Source: Promethearchaeota archaeon
Lineage (GTDB): Archaea; Asgardarchaeota; Lokiarchaeia; Sigyniarchaeales; SOKP01
Reading direction: 5' to 3'
DNA: 32,000 nt
Assembly: GCA_030606485.1 (NCBI GenBank)
Contig: JAUWGH010000007.1
Coordinates: 210,001 to 242,000, forward strand
In this document: piece by piece, positions 27,528 to 32,000 of the stretch
Layout: each line of letters opens with the position of its first letter
How positions within the stretch are numbered: position 1 is the stretch's first letter
Translations under genes and position numbers: made by a program
The notes under the pieces: generated by a model
What the model was told of the DNA's origin: nothing
The model's database searches: none
What the model saw: only the letters and a program-made list of their open reading frames with translations

Positions 27528-28148
27528 TTAATTAATTGAAAGAACTTCCTTTATCTCTTCTAAAATTTTTGTTTCATTTCGAAATTGGATTCCAATCATT
27601 CCAATTTGTTCAGCCACTTTCACATTTTTTCTGTTATCATCTATGAAAATGCATTCACTCGGCTTATAATTAATATGCTCTAATACATGTAAAAATATTT
27701 TGGGATCTGGTTTTATCATACCTAGTTCAAAAGAGTAAAAAACTTGGTTAAAATAATCTCGGAAATCAATTATATTTTTTGCAAGAAATTCTACATGCAA
27801 GGGGTTGGTATTCGAAAGAGCGAAAACTTTATACATCTTATCTTTTTTCAATTTTTTAATAAAATCAAGAAGCTTATAGTTCAGTGAATCGAAAATGCTA
27901 TTGAACATATTAAAAAATTCTTCTTTACCTACATCTTGAAATTGAAATCTTTTTTTCGCTTCTTGATAAAATTCTTCTTTAGAAAATAAGCCTTTATCCA
28001 ATTTTTCGATTGGTTCCCATAGATCTTTATAAATATTAATCTGTTTATTGTCTGATTTTGGTAATATTTTTTTGTAAAATTTTCTCATATTGAGATTAAC
28101 AATAACGTTGCCAAGATCAAAAATTAAAGCCTTGATGGTGTTGGTCAT
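27528..28148 (-). CDS. HAD-superfamily phosphatase
   Basis: IFDLGNVI motif I, LSNTN motif II, KPDPKIF motif III, FIDD motif IV. Confidence 0.92.
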   Translation of the reverse strand: MTNTIKALIFDLGNVIVNLNMRKFYKKILPKSDNKQINIYKDLWEPIEKLDKGLFSKEEFYQEAKKRFQFQDVGKEEFFNMFNSIFDSLNYKLLDFIKKLKKDKMYKVFALSNTNPLHVEFLAKNIIDFRDYFNQVFYSFELGMIKPDPKIFLHVLEHINYKPSECIFIDDNRKNVKVAEQIGMIGIQFRNETKILEEIKEVLSIN

Positions 28149-28250
28149 ATTTAAATAAAGTAAAGAATGAAAGGATTAAAATATTCTTTTTAAAACAATG
28201 TAGTAAAAAAATCTTGCCTTTATGTCTTAGAAGAACAGCGATAAATAAAA

Positions 28251-28763
28251 TTAAGCGCGTATGATTACCTTTACTAAACCTTTTTTACGTAATTTTTCCA
28301 TCATTTCTTCAATTTCTTCCACAGACTTTTCTGCAATCGCGGCAACCTGTTCTAACGAATTATTTCCATCACAAATCTTTAAAACTTTATATTCTTCTTG
28401 AGTGAGCATTCCAAATTGTATTGAAATCTCTGAAACTTCTTTAACAACTATTGGAATTCGAGCACCTACACCACCATAGGCTTCAGTAGCTGGAGCTTCA
28501 CCAAAGAATGCCTTGGCACCTGTGATCTCATATTTATCATTTATATAAATGTGGATATTATGTTCTTCCCCAGATCTATCATCTGGATTATCGGGATCCG
28601 GTTTTGAATGGCTATGTCGATAGCGCTTCGTATAAATTCCAGTTTGAAGACCATTGTGAATTTCTTCTTTATCAATCTTCAAAGGGACCATTTCTTGGCA
28701 TATATCACACCAGACCCAGGCCTCTATCAATTTAAAATATTTTTTTACTTTATTTATAGGCAT
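28251..28763 (-). CDS. Hypothetical protein: N-terminal Cys/His putative metal-binding domain plus C-terminal winged helix
   Basis: WCDICQ, RHSH and EHNIH in the N-terminal half; LTQEEYKVLKICDGNNSLEQVA...MEKLRKKGLVK wHTH. Confidence 0.6.
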   Translation of the reverse strand: MPINKVKKYFKLIEAWVWCDICQEMVPLKIDKEEIHNGLQTGIYTKRYRHSHSKPDPDNPDDRSGEEHNIHIYINDKYEITGAKAFFGEAPATEAYGGVGARIPIVVKEVSEISIQFGMLTQEEYKVLKICDGNNSLEQVAAIAEKSVEEIEEMMEKLRKKGLVKVIIRA

Positions 28764-29071
28764 AATTAAACCAATATATCATATAAATTAAATAAATATT
28801 ACTACATTTTTAGAGCACAGATATTATATTAAAAATAGTTTCTTTAGAATTTAAATATTAAATCCTATATTTCATCTCTTCACTAAAACCAAATAATTTA
28901 ATAAAATTGAAAAAAACAATAACAAAAACAGATTTAATAAACTACCTTAAATGGAAATCATCCAAATTATATTTAAAATTAATTTTATCTCCTATTTTTC
29001 AATTTTTTTAAATGATTTAAGTATTTAGATTCAAAAAAATAAAATATTAAAGTTATAGATAATTTTTTTAA

Positions 29072-29239
29072 ATGATTATGGAACAATGTTCTTGTTGTGG
29101 TCGAAAAATTACTCCTTTCGAAAACAGTGTTCACTTCCCATGTCCAAATTGTGGAGACGTAACAATTTGGCGTTGTGAGAAATGTAGAGTAGCGGGTAAC
29201 AGTTATACTTGTATTAAGTGTGATTTTCTGGGCCCATAA
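29072..29239 (+). CDS. Small Zn-ribbon protein (DUF1610/COG2888-like), missed by the ORF track
   Basis: MIMEQCSCCGRKI...FPCPNCG...IWRCEKCR...YTCIKCDFLGP, four CxxC pairs; conserved position upstream of EF-1beta; start at 29072 or 29078. Confidence 0.88.
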   Translation: MIMEQCSCCGRKITPFENSVHFPCPNCGDVTIWRCEKCRVAGNSYTCIKCDFLGP

Positions 29240-29274
29240 TTAACTATAAAGAATTTTTAGAAGGTTATTAGGAA

Positions 29275-29544
29275 ATGGGAAAATATTATGTTGGTTTGGT
29301 TGAAATTATTCCAGAAGGTATTGATGCTGATTTTAATGGTATCGTGGAAGAATTAAAAAAAAGGCTTCCAGAAGGTGCTTCACTTGTAAAATATGAACAA
29401 ATCCCAATCGCTTATGGATTAGAAAAATTGAGAGTGCAGGTAAAATTTCCAGTAGAAATGGGTTCAGCCGACTCAATTGAAGAATCTTGGGTTCAAATTG
29501 AAGGAATTCAACGTGTAGAAACTATTTTGATTTCAAAGGCGTGA
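29275..29544 (+). CDS. ef1b: Translation elongation factor aEF-1 beta
   Basis: IIPEGIDAD, EQIPIAYGLEKL, DSIEESW..IEGIQRVET. Confidence 0.92.
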   Translation: MGKYYVGLVEIIPEGIDADFNGIVEELKKRLPEGASLVKYEQIPIAYGLEKLRVQVKFPVEMGSADSIEESWVQIEGIQRVETILISKA

Positions 29545-29579
29545 AAGTTAAACGTTCTCTACAAACACTTTTTTTATAT

Positions 29580-31463
29580 TTAAACTATTCTCTTAAACAT
29601 TTTATCAATATCTCTAAAACTGATTACTCTATACGTGGGCCTTCCATGTGCGCAATGATATGGATCTTTGCATTTTGATAAATCTAATACCAATTTTCTT
29701 ATATCCTTTAATGTTAGATAATCCCCTCCCCGAATACTTTTATGACATGCAAGATAATTGATAATCTCCTCCTCAGAATCGGAAAAACTCTGTTGCTTAC
29801 CAATGTTTGCGATTTCTTCTATCATGTCTTTAAGCACATCTAATTTAGGGAGCTTTCCAAAAATTGCTGGTATCGCCCTTAAAATAAAAGTGGCCCCCCC
29901 GAAATCCTCTAATTCAAATCCAAACTTATTAATCTCACTTAAGTGTTCTTTCAAAAAAAAACGTTCAGCTGGAGAGATATTAATTTTTAAGGGATAAATT
30001 AATTGCTGTTTTTGAACTTTCGAACCTCTATATTGACTTAAAAATCGCTCTTTCATGATTCTTTCTGAAGCTGCATGTTGATCAATAATTAATATCGTTG
30101 GATTACCATCCTCATCATTACTTTCAAATAGTATATAAACATTATTACTTAATTGTCCTGTTCTGGAAATAGGACGCATTTTAGGTAAGGTATCAGTAAT
30201 AATATATTGCTCGCGTGATAATGATTCTGTTATGGCATTTTCAAATTTTTTATCAAGGATATCCTCGGTTATTAGTTTAGTTTGTATCATTTCCTTCGAT
30301 TTTACTGAGTCGATAAGGCTTGAATTAGCGGGAATATTTGATGCTTTTTCTTTTGCAATTAATGATACATCTACACGAGAAGTAATATCCATAAATTCAG
30401 ATAGAATTTCCTCTTTCTCTTCTTCAATAAATGTTTCCAACGGTTTTGTGATTATTTCCTCCTTTTTTGGTAAGAATAATTCTTCTAGGTGTCTTCTCAA
30501 TGCATTTTCTATAAAAGGGAATAAGACTTTTTCATTATTAAATCGAACAGTCATCTTTTGTGGATGGATATTAAAGTCTACATTCGCAGGATTTATATCC
30601 AAATTTAAAATAAAGAAAGGAAACCTCCCAACCATTAAGAAACCTTTATACGCATCCTTAATTACTTCAAAAAATTTATCAGATATAACATATCTCTTAT
30701 TAAGAAATAAACTGGAACTAGTTCTTTTTTTTTTCGAAATTTCTGGGTCACCTAGCAAGCCAGACAATGCAAATAGCCCATCGGGATGGATATAATCGAT
30801 TGGATACATTTTTTTAGCAATTTCTTTTCCATATATATGGAAAACCATATCTTTTAAATCATCTGAAGGTGGACAATTAAGAATATCTAAATCGTTGTGT
30901 TGATAGATAAAATGAATTTGAGGATAACCTAAGGCATATCTAGTGATTATATCGGTAATATGACCAAGTTCCACCCTGTTTGTTTTTAAAAATTTTTGTC
31001 TCGCGGGAATATTATAGAATAGATTTTTAACTTTTATATTCGTTCCGACAGGAGCTGAAATTTCCTTTTTTTCAATAACCCCTCCGCCATGAATTACGAT
31101 GGTCGAACCTAAATCATCGTTTTTAGTGCGTGTTATTAATTCTACTTGTGAAACTACCGCGATACTACTAAGAGCTTCTCCCCGAAATCCTAATGTTGTT
31201 AGAGTATCTAAATCTTCAAATTTTTCTATTTTTCCGCTTGTATAACGATCAAAAGCGATTTCTACATCCTCTTTTTCAATACCGTAGCCATCATCAATTA
31301 CTTGAATCAAACTTTTTCCTGCATTTTTAATTATAATCTTGATGTTCTTTGCCCCTGCATCAATCGAATTTTCCACCAATTCTTTAACAACTGAAGCAGG
31401 CCGTTCAACAACTTCTCCGGCTGCTATTTTTTCGAAATCTTTTATTTTTTTTATTCGCTGCAT
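29580..31463 (-). CDS. mutL: DNA mismatch repair endonuclease MutL
   Basis: IAAGEVVERPASVVKELVENSIDAGA, TLGFRGEAL, endonuclease motif DQHAASERIMKE, ACHK, CAHGRP. Confidence 0.97.
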   Translation of the reverse strand: MQRIKKIKDFEKIAAGEVVERPASVVKELVENSIDAGAKNIKIIIKNAGKSLIQVIDDGYGIEKEDVEIAFDRYTSGKIEKFEDLDTLTTLGFRGEALSSIAVVSQVELITRTKNDDLGSTIVIHGGGVIEKKEISAPVGTNIKVKNLFYNIPARQKFLKTNRVELGHITDIITRYALGYPQIHFIYQHNDLDILNCPPSDDLKDMVFHIYGKEIAKKMYPIDYIHPDGLFALSGLLGDPEISKKKRTSSSLFLNKRYVISDKFFEVIKDAYKGFLMVGRFPFFILNLDINPANVDFNIHPQKMTVRFNNEKVLFPFIENALRRHLEELFLPKKEEIITKPLETFIEEEKEEILSEFMDITSRVDVSLIAKEKASNIPANSSLIDSVKSKEMIQTKLITEDILDKKFENAITESLSREQYIITDTLPKMRPISRTGQLSNNVYILFESNDEDGNPTILIIDQHAASERIMKERFLSQYRGSKVQKQQLIYPLKINISPAERFFLKEHLSEINKFGFELEDFGGATFILRAIPAIFGKLPKLDVLKDMIEEIANIGKQQSFSDSEEEIINYLACHKSIRGGDYLTLKDIRKLVLDLSKCKDPYHCAHGRPTYRVISFRDIDKMFKRIV

Positions 31464-31475
31464 ATAATATCAGCT

Positions 31476-32000
31476 CTATAAATCATTAGATTCAATATCT
31501 TCTATTTTTTTCTTTATTTCACTTAATTTCTCTATTGCTTTTAGTGGAGTAATATTGTTAATATCGATATTATTAATAATTTCAAATAATTTAATATATT
31601 CTTCATTTATCTCATGTTTTACTTTCACAATTGGTTTAAAGAATGATGTTTGCACAGTTTTCCCGGTTTTTTTTATTTCTTTTTTCCTAGTTTTAGGAGT
31701 CAACTTCATTAAATTATTTCCATTTCTAATTGTTTCTCTAAAAGTATCATTTTTTTCTATCTGTTCAAGGACCTTAAAAGCTCTTATAATTGTGTCTTCT
31801 GGGATCCCGGCAAGTCGTGCAATATGTATGCCATACGATTTATCTGTACTTCCTTCTTGAACTTTTCTAATAAATGTTATGTTACCATCCTCATCTTCCT
31901 TTATATCTAAATGATAATTCTTTACTCGAGGAAGTTCAATTTCTGTTAGTTGGTGGAAATGAGTAGAAAATAGAGTTTTTACTTTCATAGAATGTAATTT
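31476..32000 (-). CDS. mutS: DNA mismatch repair protein MutS, C-terminal part (5' end outside the window)
   Basis: TLFSTHFHQL, FIRKVQEGSTDKSYGIHIARLAGIP, NITPLKAIEKL; frame open to the window edge; directly upstream of mutL. Confidence 0.95.
   Translation of the reverse strand, partial: KLHSMKVKTLFSTHFHQLTEIELPRVKNYHLDIKEDEDGNITFIRKVQEGSTDKSYGIHIARLAGIPEDTIIRAFKVLEQIEKNDTFRETIRNGNNLMKLTPKTRKKEIKKTGKTVQTSFFKPIVKVKHEINEEYIKLFEIINNIDINNITPLKAIEKLSEIKKKIEDIESNDL

Noticed and set aside
29001-29077. 17-bp direct repeat AATTTTTTTAAATGATT at 29001 and 29061
   Set aside because: Low-complexity AT-rich sequence with no associated structure.
30232-30795. 187-aa plus-strand ORF
   Set aside because: Antisense shadow of mutL with no recognisable motifs. 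The same applies to 29758-29997 and 31555-31860.

Overview
Very AT-rich archaeal chromosomal segment, most consistent with an Asgard archaeon (Lokiarchaeia/Promethearchaeota). The evidence is a eukaryote-like actin (Lokiactin type), a Rab-like small GTPase, archaeal-type TyrRS, RpoK, EF-1beta, a Hef helicase-nuclease and an intron-containing tRNA. Core genes include a PiT/DUF47 phosphate pair, tldD-pmbA, UDP-glucuronate decarboxylase, hef, tRNA-Val(CAC), rpoK, a soluble 10-PAS histidine kinase, lokiactin, a radical SAM gene, tyrS, a Zn-ribbon/EF-1beta pair and bacterial-type mutS-mutL. The most unusual structure is a ~4 kb accessory patch (20399-24483) between lokiactin and the radical SAM gene. 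It is bracketed by permuted direct repeats: a 93-nt copy of the radical SAM promoter/start plus a 27-nt piece of a shattered uvrB-like 3' end. It carries an EFR1-ferredoxin/TetR/flavodoxin/DUF4386-like cassette with two arrays of three TTACTA-N-TAGTAA palindromes at ~18-bp spacing, which are candidate TetR operators. A second 67-bp direct repeat brackets a saccharopine-dehydrogenase-like gene. No CRISPR array, rRNA, transposase or integrase was seen. All family assignments come from motif recognition by eye, not database searches.
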